Assembly: GCA_963678775.2 (NCBI GenBank)
Contig: CAXXGR010000003.1
Coordinates: 554-64,553 of the forward strand
DNA length: 64,000 bases
Direction of reading: 5' to 3'
From: Candidatus Kapaibacterium sp.
Lineage (GTDB): Bacteria; Bacteroidota; Ignavibacteria; Kapaibacteriales; UBA2268
Made by a program: the position numbers and the translations under genes. The notes beneath the pieces were generated by a model. It saw nothing but the letters and a program-made list of their open reading frames with translations, did not search any database and was not told the origin of the DNA. Of the stretch, positions 51,232 through 60,741 are shown one piece after another; position 1 is the stretch's first letter, and each line of letters opens with the position of its first letter.

Positions 51232-52197
51232 TTATACCTGTAAGTACAGATAATAAACATAGGCTATGTATATTGAAAGTAAGAATGCTCCTTTTAGCCT
51301 GCCAATCTGCATGCCTATCCTTGCTAATGGGAAAATCAGAACAGCTATACCTATCATTATTGATACATCTATATAGCTAATATCAGTGGTTGGTATTTCG
51401 TGAGCCAGCGAAGCAAGTCCTAATACAAACAGAATATTAAATATATTTGATCCTATGGCATTACCAATTGAAATATCTCCCTCATCTTTAATTGATGCCA
51501 CTAAAGAAGTAGCAAGCTCAGGCAGGCTTGTACCTAATGCTACAATGCTCAAACCTATTATTGCTGTCGAAACTCCAAGCATACTTGCTATGCCGATAGC
51601 ACCATCCACAAATACATTTGCTCCTACTACTAAACCACTTATGCCGAGAACAATCATTATATAATCTACAATGGGCTTGCGTTTTTCGGGTTTGATGTCG
51701 CTTTCTATTTCTTCTATCAACTGAGGATTTTTATCTGTCATAGCCCGCTTTATAGTTAAGATAGTATATGTAATAATGCCTGCCGTCAAAACAACACCGT
51801 CAATAAAGGTAATACTGCCGTCTGCAATAATTACAACCAATAGTACAGAAACGGCTATCATAACAAGTAAATCAAATTTAATAAGCTGAATATTCACTTT
51901 TATAGGCCTAATCATTGCTGCCACACCTATTATCAGAGCGATATTACATATATTTGAACCTATCACATTCCCTATCGCTATATCTGCATTCCCTTCCAAA
52001 CCAGCCGTAAAGCTCACCACCAGCTCAGGGCTGCTTGTGCCAAATGCTACAATCGTCAATCCCACTACCAAAGCAGATAGTCCGGTTCGTAAAGCCACAG
52101 ACGCTGAACCTCTGACCAGGCCTTCGGCTCCAAAAAACAATAAAGTACTGCCTAAAAGCAAGTACAACAGTGACTCCATCAGAGTTAGTTCGCTCAT
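51232..52197 (-). CDS. Ca2+/Na+ antiporter (CaCA family, YrbG-like)
   Basis: Two alpha-repeats, GTSSPEL and GTSLPEL, with GNVIGSNI and GNAIGSNI. Confidence 0.9.
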   Translation of the reverse strand: MSELTLMESLLYLLLGSTLLFFGAEGLVRGSASVALRTGLSALVVGLTIVAFGTSSPELVVSFTAGLEGNADIAIGNVIGSNICNIALIIGVAAMIRPIKVNIQLIKFDLLVMIAVSVLLVVIIADGSITFIDGVVLTAGIITYTILTIKRAMTDKNPQLIEEIESDIKPEKRKPIVDYIMIVLGISGLVVGANVFVDGAIGIASMLGVSTAIIGLSIVALGTSLPELATSLVASIKDEGDISIGNAIGSNIFNILFVLGLASLAHEIPTTDISYIDVSIMIGIAVLIFPLARIGMQIGRLKGAFLLSIYIAYVYYLYLQV

Positions 52198-52206
52198 TTT
52201 CCCCTC

Positions 52207-53445
52207 TTAGATAGATTTTATCGCTCTGATTCTATCAAGAACCGGAGGATGTGAATAATTCATAAAAACAAAAAACTTATGTGGTGTCAAGTTTGATAAG
52301 TTATGTTCCGATAGTTTTTTAAGTGCATTTATCATATCGTCTTTATTTCCCGTAGTCTCTGCAGCATATCTATCAGCTTCATATTCATTTTTTCTGGAAA
52401 AGACATTCATGACCACTGATAAGATATTTTCTATTGGAGAAAACAAAAGACTGAAGAAAATCAAACCTGTATGCAGACCGATATTATCAACATAAAAAGC
52501 ATCAAAAAGTGACTGATTGCTTAAGAACAGTGACATTATATAAAATAAAGCACCTGTATGCAATACGCTTATTACCATGCTCTTTATGATATGTTTCTTT
52601 TTGAAGTGACCTATTTCATGAGCCAATATAGCAACTAATTCGCCTGTGCTGTGCTTTTCTATTAAAGTGTCAAAGAGGGCAATTCGTTTGTTTTTGCCAA
52701 ATCCTGTGAAAAAAGCGTTAGACTTAGCAGACCTTTTCGAGCCATCCATCACAAATAGATATTTCAATGAATAATCCACTTTATTAGCATATTTGAATAT
52801 CTCTTCTTTTAACTCGCCATCTTCAAGCGGAGTAAATTTATTGAATAATGGCATAATCCATGTAGGGGCTACAAACTGCAAAGCAAAACTTATTAGCGTA
52901 ACTCCGACCCAGCCATAAAGCCATGACCACTCACCGAAGGAGTGTAATAAATAAAGCAAACCGGCGAGTACCGGCAGACCGATGAGAGCACCAAGTAGAA
53001 TAGACTTTACTCTATCCATAATAAAAGTAGCAGACGTAGTTTTATTAAACCCGTACTTCTCTTCTATAACAAAGGTACTGTAAATACTGAAAGGCATACC
53101 CAAAATGCTTTGAGCTACTAATAAGCCGGACATATATAAAACACCCTGATAAATATAATTATCAGTGACTGATCTTACTAATACATCCGCATAGTTAAAG
53201 CCTCCTGCAAACCAGAACACAAGCAAGAGCAACAAAGAAAAAGTCGATGAAATCAGACCAAAACGAGTCCTCTCTTTCAAATATTCCTGTGACTTTATAT
53301 ATTTCTCTTCTGAGTAGACTCCTTGGAATTCCTCAGGTAGCTCTTTTTGTAAGTTCTTTATATTCAGATAATCTGCTACAAAATCTAATACTGTGCTAAT
53401 CAATATAGTTATCAGTATAATCCATGCGTAAATATTTAGTTCCAT
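52207..53445 (-). CDS. M48-family zinc metalloprotease (Ste24/CAAX-prenyl-protease-like)
   Basis: HEIGHFKKKH (HExxH), a downstream NEYEADRYA glutamate, and multiple TM helices. Confidence 0.85.
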   Translation of the reverse strand: MELNIYAWIILITILISTVLDFVADYLNIKNLQKELPEEFQGVYSEEKYIKSQEYLKERTRFGLISSTFSLLLLLVFWFAGGFNYADVLVRSVTDNYIYQGVLYMSGLLVAQSILGMPFSIYSTFVIEEKYGFNKTTSATFIMDRVKSILLGALIGLPVLAGLLYLLHSFGEWSWLYGWVGVTLISFALQFVAPTWIMPLFNKFTPLEDGELKEEIFKYANKVDYSLKYLFVMDGSKRSAKSNAFFTGFGKNKRIALFDTLIEKHSTGELVAILAHEIGHFKKKHIIKSMVISVLHTGALFYIMSLFLSNQSLFDAFYVDNIGLHTGLIFFSLLFSPIENILSVVMNVFSRKNEYEADRYAAETTGNKDDMINALKKLSEHNLSNLTPHKFFVFMNYSHPPVLDRIRAIKSI

Positions 53446-53590
53446 CTATCAAATATAACTATTAATTATAAACAATCTCAGAATTTAAATATACAACTTT
53501 CGGAATAGATTTTACAACTCTATTCAAATTCATATTGTAACCTTTTTGCTCCTCAAAGCGTCTATGTTATATGTTAAATATGGAGTTCAA

Positions 53591-54175
53591 ATGTTAAAGT
53601 TAATCTTAATCGCTGCAGTGGTGCTGCTTGTGTCTTGTGCTGAAGACTCACCGCAATCACCATTGATTTCTATTGAACAAAAAGGCTTATTATTAGAACT
53701 TTCTACGAATAAGTCAGAAATTAGTTTAGAGGAATTACCCGAATTTACTCTAAAGATGATCAACACAACCGACAGCAACTTAGTGCTGCCTTTGTTCCTT
53801 GATGGGTCTACCAATTCCTTGCGGTACCCATACACTTATTTTCAAGTCAACGGCAAGAAAGTAGAGACTTCGGAGATTACTAAAGCAGGAGATGGTGAAT
53901 TAGAACCGCTAAGTCCAAACAACTTCCTTACGCTAAGAGAGGGAGAAATGTATATGCCCGACATGCATAGCCTGCAAAGCACACTTAAAGAGGCGATGTC
54001 TAAAAATGGTGTATATCACATTAGCTTTGTCTACTGCTTAGAGTCAGATAACATCAATGATTGGGGCTTTAATGATGACAATGACCGTACCAATGCTTCT
54101 ACTCGATATCTATTTGAAAGAGTACCCAAAGAAACTTTTGCCAGTAATGTTATCTCTATTTCTGTTGTTCAATAA
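53591..54175 (+). CDS. Hypothetical lipoprotein
   Basis: MLKLILIAAVVLLVSC lipobox. No known domain was recognised. Confidence 0.5.
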   Translation: MLKLILIAAVVLLVSCAEDSPQSPLISIEQKGLLLELSTNKSEISLEELPEFTLKMINTTDSNLVLPLFLDGSTNSLRYPYTYFQVNGKKVETSEITKAGDGELEPLSPNNFLTLREGEMYMPDMHSLQSTLKEAMSKNGVYHISFVYCLESDNINDWGFNDDNDRTNASTRYLFERVPKETFASNVISISVVQ

Positions 54176-54224
54176 AAATATTTCAACCCGGAAGACTTTA
54201 TTCAGTTTAAAAATATTATATAGA

Positions 54225-54256
54225 GGCGCAAGTGATTGCGTCTTTATGTTTTTTTA
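54225..54256 (+). terminator. Terminator
   Basis: GGCGCAA-gtga-TTGCGTC stem followed by TTTATGTTTTTTT. Confidence 0.6.
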
Positions 54257-54356
54257 TAGATAAATTCAACAATATTTTCATTACTCCTCTAACAAACTGC
54301 TAAAAATTCCGTATCATATCTTATCAAATCTCTCTAATAATTGAAAGTAGGTGATT

Positions 54357-54911
54357 ATGCGTTATTTTTACATCTTACTTCTGTCTATAGTAGTAGCCTC
54401 TTGTGCTTCGCCTTATTATGAAGTGTTTGAAGTGCACACTCCTTGCGATAAGTATACGGATAACTATATTTTTGATAAACTAAGAAAAGTTTTAATCAGA
54501 GAAGATTTTGTTGTTACAGATCTTGATTATAGCGTAGGCCTTATGGTAGCAGAGTCCGAACCGGAGTTTGGCAATCATGCTTACAGAAGTTACCGTAAGC
54601 AATGGAAATTTATGATTGACGGCAATGGGACTATAGTCGCAAAAGCCCGAATAATCGAGACTCACACTAACGACCACGGACTAATTGTCTACGAACAGTC
54701 ATACTACATGGGCGAAAACACGCACCCTGAAAATTACTGGTACTGGGGAGTAAGAAATGCGATGGAGAATATCTGCGGAAACTCATCACAGTCTTTCTCT
54801 TTTAATAGAGCCTCAGCTGTAGTCGGTGAAAATGAGGAACTGACTGCCTCATTCATTTTAGGCATCACCTCAGTAGCTATTCAGGCAGCCATTGAAGCCA
54901 ACGATGATTAG
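54357..54911 (+). CDS. Hypothetical lipoprotein
   Basis: MRYFYILLLSIVVASC lipobox. No known domain was recognised. Confidence 0.5.
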   Translation: MRYFYILLLSIVVASCASPYYEVFEVHTPCDKYTDNYIFDKLRKVLIREDFVVTDLDYSVGLMVAESEPEFGNHAYRSYRKQWKFMIDGNGTIVAKARIIETHTNDHGLIVYEQSYYMGENTHPENYWYWGVRNAMENICGNSSQSFSFNRASAVVGENEELTASFILGITSVAIQAAIEANDD

Positions 54912-54939
54912 AGTACATAAAAGAATACACATAAATCGC

Positions 54940-54973
54940 AATGTAGAGCAAATTCATGAATTTGCTCTACATT
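54940..54973. terminator. 16-bp perfect palindrome between convergent genes (bidirectional terminator-like hairpin)
   Basis: AATGTAGAGCAAATTC-at-GAATTTGCTCTACATT. There is no strong T-run on either side. Confidence 0.45.
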
Positions 54974-55007
54974 AGACATTATTCAAATATCCCGGTACTA
55001 TCTTTCA

Positions 55008-55544
55008 TTAGTTAGCTTCTTTGACTCCACCTATTTTATACTCATTGTGATTTGCATCATCAGGTATTACCAATTTATCTTTATATATACTTTTTGTAAT
55101 CTCATTGAATACAGCATAAACAAGTGCAGCAAATATATAAGTCGTGCTATTAAAAAACGGGAAAATGTCTGTCATTCCGATTGAAAATAAGCCTAAGTTT
55201 ATTGAATAAACTAGATCCACACCATTATTTAAATAGAATCCCAAAGTTGCGGCGCTAATATCTAATACAGTTAAAATAGACCACGCAACTAACACTGATG
55301 ATAAAAATGAGAGCTTTGGTACTTTTCTTTTATCATATTCCCAATATTTAAAAGGTAAGTACATATAAATTGGAATGCCAATTAAAAAAGGTACCGCTAT
55401 AGCTAAGGTAACTAAAGGATGTAATCCAAATCGTGTTGCAAAAAAAACGGCAACCATCGACAATCCACTAAAAACAGCTATAAGGACTTCATATAAGTTT
55501 TTCTTGTCTTTTGTCATTACAATACTTAGTCCTCTTTTCTTCAT
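55008..55544 (-). CDS. Hypothetical integral membrane protein
   Basis: 178 aa with about five hydrophobic helices. No motif was recognised. Confidence 0.5.
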   Translation of the reverse strand: MKKRGLSIVMTKDKKNLYEVLIAVFSGLSMVAVFFATRFGLHPLVTLAIAVPFLIGIPIYMYLPFKYWEYDKRKVPKLSFLSSVLVAWSILTVLDISAATLGFYLNNGVDLVYSINLGLFSIGMTDIFPFFNSTTYIFAALVYAVFNEITKSIYKDKLVIPDDANHNEYKIGGVKEAN

Positions 55545-55790
55545 TAGTTAGATTTTAATAGATACTATACTAACAAATATACATCAATTTTCAGTGTTTT
55601 TGAAATATATTGCATAGATTTTAGCGGTTGGTTTGCATAAACTACTATAATAACAATCGAGCGAAAGGATAATGAAAAGGACTCAGTCCAGTGAAATTCC
55701 GAACTCAGTCCTAATTTTTTTGAGCTGTCCAATTTTTGGAGGTACTGCACTTATACTGCGGCGTTTTTTATACATCTGAAAAAGCTTAGA

Positions 55791-56768
55791 TTATATCAAG
55801 CCTTTTGCATGCTTTTCTTCCAATTTTTCAAGCATATCTTTAGTCATGCTTGCCAGATCATAAGCCGGATTCCAGTTCCACTCTTCGCGAGCAGCAGAAT
55901 CATCGATTGTCCAAGGCCAAGAGTCTGCAATAGCCTGCCTGTAATCAGTTTTGTAAGTGATTTCAAAATCAGGTTTATGCTTCTTGATTTCCTCTGCTAA
56001 CTGTTGAGGATTAAAACTAATTGCAGCAACGTTGAAATCACTGTGGTGCTTTAAGTTGTCAAAATCAGCTTCAGCCAGATCTATTGTAGCTTTGATGCAG
56101 TCAGGCATATACATCATTGGAAGCATTGTTTCTTCTGAAAGGAAGCATTCGTATTTGCCTTTTTTAACTGCATCGTAGAATATTTCTACTGCGTAGTCAG
56201 TTGTTCCGCCACCTGGTAGAGTTTCATGAGAGATGATACCCGGATAGCGAAGACCTCGGCAGTCCAAACCATATTTTTGTACGTAGTAGTCGCAAAGTCT
56301 TTCGCCTGCCACTTTAGTCACGCCATACATAGAAGTTGGTTTTAAAACGCTGTCCTGAGGAACATTTTCTTTCGGCACACCTTCGCCCCAAACAGCCATA
56401 GAGCTAGGAATAATGATTCTGTTCAAGCCATATTTACGACCTAAATCAAGAATATTCATAGAACCATTCATGTTTACATTCCAGCAAAGATGAGGGTCTT
56501 TTTCGCCCACACCGGAAAGTATAGCTGCTAAGTGAAAAACAGAATCAATATCATATTTAATAATAACTTGGCGAATGCTGTCTATGTTCAATACATCAAT
56601 CTGCTCGAAAGGACCGGACTCTGCAATTGCTTTAGTAGGAGTTGGTCTCAAGTCAGAAGCAATGACATTTTCACCGCCATATTTTTTACGAAGCTCTAAA
56701 ACTAATTCGCTACCGATCTGACCTAAAGCGCCGGTAACAAGAATTTTCTTCATACCTTCTTTTTTCAT
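55791..56768 (-). CDS. NAD-dependent epimerase/dehydratase-fold L-threonine 3-dehydrogenase-like enzyme
   Basis: ILVTGALGQIGSEL Rossmann motif, catalytic YGVTK, and overall similarity (from memory) to short-chain-type threonine dehydrogenases. Confidence 0.65.
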   Translation of the reverse strand: MKKEGMKKILVTGALGQIGSELVLELRKKYGGENVIASDLRPTPTKAIAESGPFEQIDVLNIDSIRQVIIKYDIDSVFHLAAILSGVGEKDPHLCWNVNMNGSMNILDLGRKYGLNRIIIPSSMAVWGEGVPKENVPQDSVLKPTSMYGVTKVAGERLCDYYVQKYGLDCRGLRYPGIISHETLPGGGTTDYAVEIFYDAVKKGKYECFLSEETMLPMMYMPDCIKATIDLAEADFDNLKHHSDFNVAAISFNPQQLAEEIKKHKPDFEITYKTDYRQAIADSWPWTIDDSAAREEWNWNPAYDLASMTKDMLEKLEEKHAKGLI

Positions 56769-56867
56769 TGTTCGAATCCCAATAAGAATTTACAGGTAAA
56801 TAGTTGCTTACAAAAATAATTAAACAACTTGAAATAGCAAGAAAACTTATGTTCATTAGAAAATAAG

Positions 56868-57236
56868 TTAAAATGGAGACAGTGCATTTTCTAAATGTTC
56901 AATAGCATGTGGCGTTTTTCGCATGTCTATAGTAATCACATCAAATCTGCATTCTACATCATTAATTTTATTTACATAGAGATAGCCTTCAGCAGCACGC
57001 TGCCATGATTTCTGCTTGCGTGGAGTGATAGAAAGCAGTGGATCTCCATATTCATAAGACTCGCGTGCTTTTACTTCTACAAATACCAATACTTCACCAT
57101 ACTTACAGATAATATCTATTTCGCCATGTTTACCAAAATGAAAATTTTTTTTGATTATTTGATATCCTTTGCCTGCTAAATATTCAGCAGCTTCTTTCTC
57201 CCCTACTTTGCCTTTCTTTCTGTTGTCCTCTTGCAT
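56868..57236 (-). CDS. yraN: YraN-family (UPF0102) endonuclease-like protein
   Basis: GEIDIICKYGEVLVFVEVKAR and the RFDVI core, in 122 aa. Confidence 0.85.
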   Translation of the reverse strand: MQEDNRKKGKVGEKEAAEYLAGKGYQIIKKNFHFGKHGEIDIICKYGEVLVFVEVKARESYEYGDPLLSITPRKQKSWQRAAEGYLYVNKINDVECRFDVITIDMRKTPHAIEHLENALSPF

Positions 57237-57403
57237 TGCAACTCCGCAATAAGAATAATTTGTTTCTATAAGTTAATAGAAACAAATAATAAGTGCAAAG
57301 TTTTTTTATTGGGGGAGAGTTGCAAGTATAAAATAATCTCATTGAATTCAGTTTTTTTAAGAATAGTATTTCTCACTTTTGTAGTATCGATGACTGCATA
57401 ATT

Positions 57404-57455
57404 CAAAAAACCCTCACTCTGAATACTGCTGAGCAATGTTCATAAGTGAGGGGTT
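57404..57455 (-). terminator. Terminator of the TPR gene
   Basis: CCCTCACT / AGTGAGGG stem with a large loop. On the minus strand it is followed by TTTTTTGAAT. Confidence 0.5.
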
Positions 57456-57478
57456 TATTCAAATTTATATCTATTTCG

Positions 57479-58939
57479 TTATTCTGTTTCTTCTTCGTCG
57501 CTTAAGTTATCCATAATTTGTATAAGCATTTTTTCCAATGCTTCACTTTCTATGCCTTCTTCCAGGAGCTCTTCTGTAATAAGTCCTAAAACAGTATAAT
57601 CCAACTCACATGCCTCAGTAAAGAAATTTATAGCATTTTCTTCCTTTTTCCTCTGGAGTTCTATTTTACCAAGGAAGTAGTAAGATTCTGCATGCTCCGG
57701 TCTAAGTCTGATAGTTTTATTAAATCCGGTCTCTGCTTTTTTGAGATATTTCAATTCGTAAGAAGTCTTAGCAAACTCGAACCAGCAATCCGCATTAAGA
57801 GGATTAACTTCTGTCGCTTTTTGGTAAGTCTTCCACGCTTTTTTTACTTCATCATTATTATAATAAGCATCACCCAAAGAGTATAATACTTCAAAGCTAT
57901 ACGGATTTAAATCCAAAGCTTTATTGTAATCGGCGATAGCTTTTTCAAATTCGTCAATTGCATCATAGCAGATTGCTCTTCCAAAGTGCGAGGAGCTTTT
58001 TTTAGGGCTTTTTGTAAGTATTTGGGTAAACATCTCGATAGCAGCAATATAATTGCCTGAGTCGCCCAAGGCGCTTGCTAAAAACTGTTTTGCATCCAAG
58101 TCGTTAGGGTTTATTGCCAAAGCTCTTCTAAAGCAGTCGATTGCATCATCGAGTTGTTCCATGCTCATGAGTGCGTGACCTTTATTTACCCACGCATCAG
58201 CGAAATCTTCTTCGATAACAACTGCAAAGTCGAAAGCTTTTATAGCTTCTTCAAATTTATTTGTATGGTTAAGCAGTAAGCCACAGTTATACCATAAATC
58301 ACTGTCAAATGGATTTTCGTCTACTGCTTTTTGGTAAAACTCAAGAGATTTCTCAAATTCGCCAATGCAGTTATAGGAATAAGCAATTTCCTGGAATATA
58401 TCTTTCACATAATCTTTCGAATCAGCCAGATAGAGAAATATCTCTATAGCTTGCTTATGGAATTCATTTTGCTGCAGGATAGTTGCTTTAGAGAACATAG
58501 CCTCTTCGTTGCCTGAGTTATACTCTAACACAGTATTTACTATCTCAAGAGCTTCCTCATTTTTACCCAGCGAATCCAGCACAGCAGCTTTATGAACCAG
58601 CATATCCTGATCCATAGGGTCAAATGTCAAAGCTTTATCGATATTTTCTAAAGCTTGACTAAACTCAGACATACCTGCAAGACAGATAGATTTTTTGAAC
58701 CAAGGATCGGAAGAGAACTGATTATATTCCAATAGATAATTAACAAATGGCAAAGCATCAGTATAATTTTCCTTGGAAAGGCAGTAATCCACCATTTTGT
58801 CAAGAGTATCAGGATCAGGCAGTTCCGAAAACTCTAACTTGCGTTTTCGCATATTTTTTTTGTAGAAACGGATTTTCTCATCCATCTCTTCGTTGAATTC
58901 ATTAAATTCAAAGTCATCAAATCCAGTCATTCCTGACAC
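57479..58939 (-). CDS. Tetratricopeptide-repeat protein
   Basis: Repeated 34-residue A-x-x-x-F/Y-x-K-A-L-x-x-x-P patterns occur throughout (e.g. AIDCFRRALAINPND, AIADYNKALDLNPYS). Confidence 0.8.
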   Translation of the reverse strand: MSGMTGFDDFEFNEFNEEMDEKIRFYKKNMRKRKLEFSELPDPDTLDKMVDYCLSKENYTDALPFVNYLLEYNQFSSDPWFKKSICLAGMSEFSQALENIDKALTFDPMDQDMLVHKAAVLDSLGKNEEALEIVNTVLEYNSGNEEAMFSKATILQQNEFHKQAIEIFLYLADSKDYVKDIFQEIAYSYNCIGEFEKSLEFYQKAVDENPFDSDLWYNCGLLLNHTNKFEEAIKAFDFAVVIEEDFADAWVNKGHALMSMEQLDDAIDCFRRALAINPNDLDAKQFLASALGDSGNYIAAIEMFTQILTKSPKKSSSHFGRAICYDAIDEFEKAIADYNKALDLNPYSFEVLYSLGDAYYNNDEVKKAWKTYQKATEVNPLNADCWFEFAKTSYELKYLKKAETGFNKTIRLRPEHAESYYFLGKIELQRKKEENAINFFTEACELDYTVLGLITEELLEEGIESEALEKMLIQIMDNLSDEEETE

Positions 58940-59203
58940 CTAATTTTGTTTTTCGACAGCACACAATAGCAAATTGCAAAAAGGAAATAGAAGAACAAGC
59001 AAATTTTGCATTAAGTTATTCTAATCACTTAACCGAACATAGTTCAATATTTCAAATAATACATTTTTAGTAACATCGTATTTTGTAATATTTATTCAAT
59101 CAAATATCAGCAAATAAGAATTAAGTGTTTAAATTGTAAACATATCCGTATTTTTGCTTATTGCTTCTTACAGTATAGACACAAAAAATTTGATAAAGTT
59201 ACA

Positions 59204-59237
59204 TAAAAAAACAGTGGCTTATATAAACCACTGTTTT
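59204..59237 (-). terminator. yicC terminator
   Basis: AAACAGTGG / CCACTGTTT stem. On the minus strand it is followed by TTTTTTATGT. Confidence 0.7.
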
Positions 59238-59263
59238 AATAAAGACTTATATTATAATAATAT

Positions 59264-60139
59264 TTATTCTATGTTTTGAACTTGCTCTCTGATTCTTTCA
59301 AGTTCTTCTTTTACGCCAACCACTAACTGCGAAATATTAGCTTCATTGATTTTGGAGCCAATAGTATTAATTTCGCGGTGCATTTCCTGTAAAAGGAAGT
59401 TTATCTTACGACCTGTAGACTCTTTAGCTTTCATAGCATCAAGGAAAAACTTGATGTGAGAGTTAAGTCTAACAGTTTCTTCTGATACGTCCAATTTATC
59501 AGCAAGCACTACTATTTCCATTTGTAGGCGTTGCTCATCTATTTCATCACTTTCAAAAAGCTGAGCGATGCGCTGGCGCAATCTGTCGCGTTCCTGAGGA
59601 ACCCTTTCCAAAGCCATAGATTCGATTTTGTCTACAGTAGACTGAATGCTTTTTATTCTTACATTCAAATCTTTAGCAATTTCTTTACCTTCTTTTTTGC
59701 GCATTTCATCTAAGTTTTTCAATGCTTCTCTCAAAGCTCTTTCAACTAATTTATATTGTTTTTCTTCATCCTCTGACGAGTCTTTCTGATAAAACAAATT
59801 TGAGAAATGAAGAACATGCTCCATTTTCACAGCTTCTCTGAGCTTCAAGCGTTTTTTTAGTTCAGTCATATCATTAAAGCAGCTTTCTGCTAAATCATGA
59901 TTCATTACGAACTGCTTAGAAGCATCTACGAATTCGATGTTAACATTTACGTTCACGCTACCTCTATTTAAAATAGAGCGGACAGCTTCTCTGACTTGAA
60001 GCTCTTTGTGTTGTAAGTTTCTTGGCATTCTTGTACTTACTTCTAAGTATCTACCATTAAGGCTTTTTACCTCAACCGTTATCGAAACGCCATCTTCTGT
60101 TATTTCGGCTTTACTAAAGCCAGTCATGCTTTTAAACAT
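59264..60139 (-). CDS. yicC: YicC/YloC-family stress-induced protein
   Basis: MFKSMTGFSKAE start, SLNGRYLEV, and C-terminal QEMHREINTIGSK...VKEELERIREQVQNIE. Confidence 0.9.
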   Translation of the reverse strand: MFKSMTGFSKAEITEDGVSITVEVKSLNGRYLEVSTRMPRNLQHKELQVREAVRSILNRGSVNVNVNIEFVDASKQFVMNHDLAESCFNDMTELKKRLKLREAVKMEHVLHFSNLFYQKDSSEDEEKQYKLVERALREALKNLDEMRKKEGKEIAKDLNVRIKSIQSTVDKIESMALERVPQERDRLRQRIAQLFESDEIDEQRLQMEIVVLADKLDVSEETVRLNSHIKFFLDAMKAKESTGRKINFLLQEMHREINTIGSKINEANISQLVVGVKEELERIREQVQNIE

Positions 60140-60168
60140 TGCTATTACCTAATTATATAACATCTATT

Positions 60169-60717
60169 TTAATCTTGGGAAAGCTGCACGCGATAATCAG
60201 AAACATATTTCATATAGTTATAAGGTGTTTTGGACACTCTTTCGAGCTCTGTTTCTGTCAATTTACGAACAACTCTACCCGGTACACCGGCTACCAATAC
60301 TCCCTCCGGTACTTCAAAACCTTCTTTTACCACCGTGCCGGCGGCAATCAAAGAGTTTGAGTTTACAACTGCACCATCGAGAACAATAGCACCAATGCCG
60401 ATTAAACAATTATTTTTTAAAGTGCAACCGTGTAATGAAACTGAATGAGCGATAGAGACATTTTCGCCGATAACAAGTGGGTGTTTACCGTTTGTTACGT
60501 GTAGCATACAATTATCTTGAATGTTAGAGCGATCTCCAATCGTGATATAATGCACATCACCTCTGATTACTGTATTATACCATACTGAAACGTTTTCGCC
60601 AATTTGTACATCTCCGATAATTTTTACGCCCTCGCAAAGGAAAGCACTATCGTGAATCTTAGGGAACATCCCTTTATAGCCAATCAAGCTTGCATTTTTT
60701 CCGGTTTCTAATTTCAT
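60169..60717 (-). CDS. Gamma-carbonic-anhydrase-like / hexapeptide-repeat (LbH) protein
   Basis: Hexapeptide repeats with the His triad context (IRGDVHYITIGDRSNIQDNCMLH, SIAHSVSLHG), as in YrdA/PaaY. Confidence 0.85.
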   Translation of the reverse strand: MKLETGKNASLIGYKGMFPKIHDSAFLCEGVKIIGDVQIGENVSVWYNTVIRGDVHYITIGDRSNIQDNCMLHVTNGKHPLVIGENVSIAHSVSLHGCTLKNNCLIGIGAIVLDGAVVNSNSLIAAGTVVKEGFEVPEGVLVAGVPGRVVRKLTETELERVSKTPYNYMKYVSDYRVQLSQD

Positions 60718-60741
60718 ATCTTCTTTGTCTTTCTGATTTTT

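Noticed and set aside
55565-55750. 61-aa minus-strand ORF in the spacer downstream of the dehydrogenase gene.
   Set aside because: It shows no motif, no start context and no coding-like composition. It was treated as non-coding, though a small RNA is not excluded.
56769-56867. GTTCGAATCCC, a tRNA T-arm-like motif, at about 56771.
   Set aside because: The 50-60 nt that would have to form the acceptor, D and anticodon arms fall inside the threonine-dehydrogenase-like CDS start. They show no cloverleaf complementarity, so the match is coincidental.
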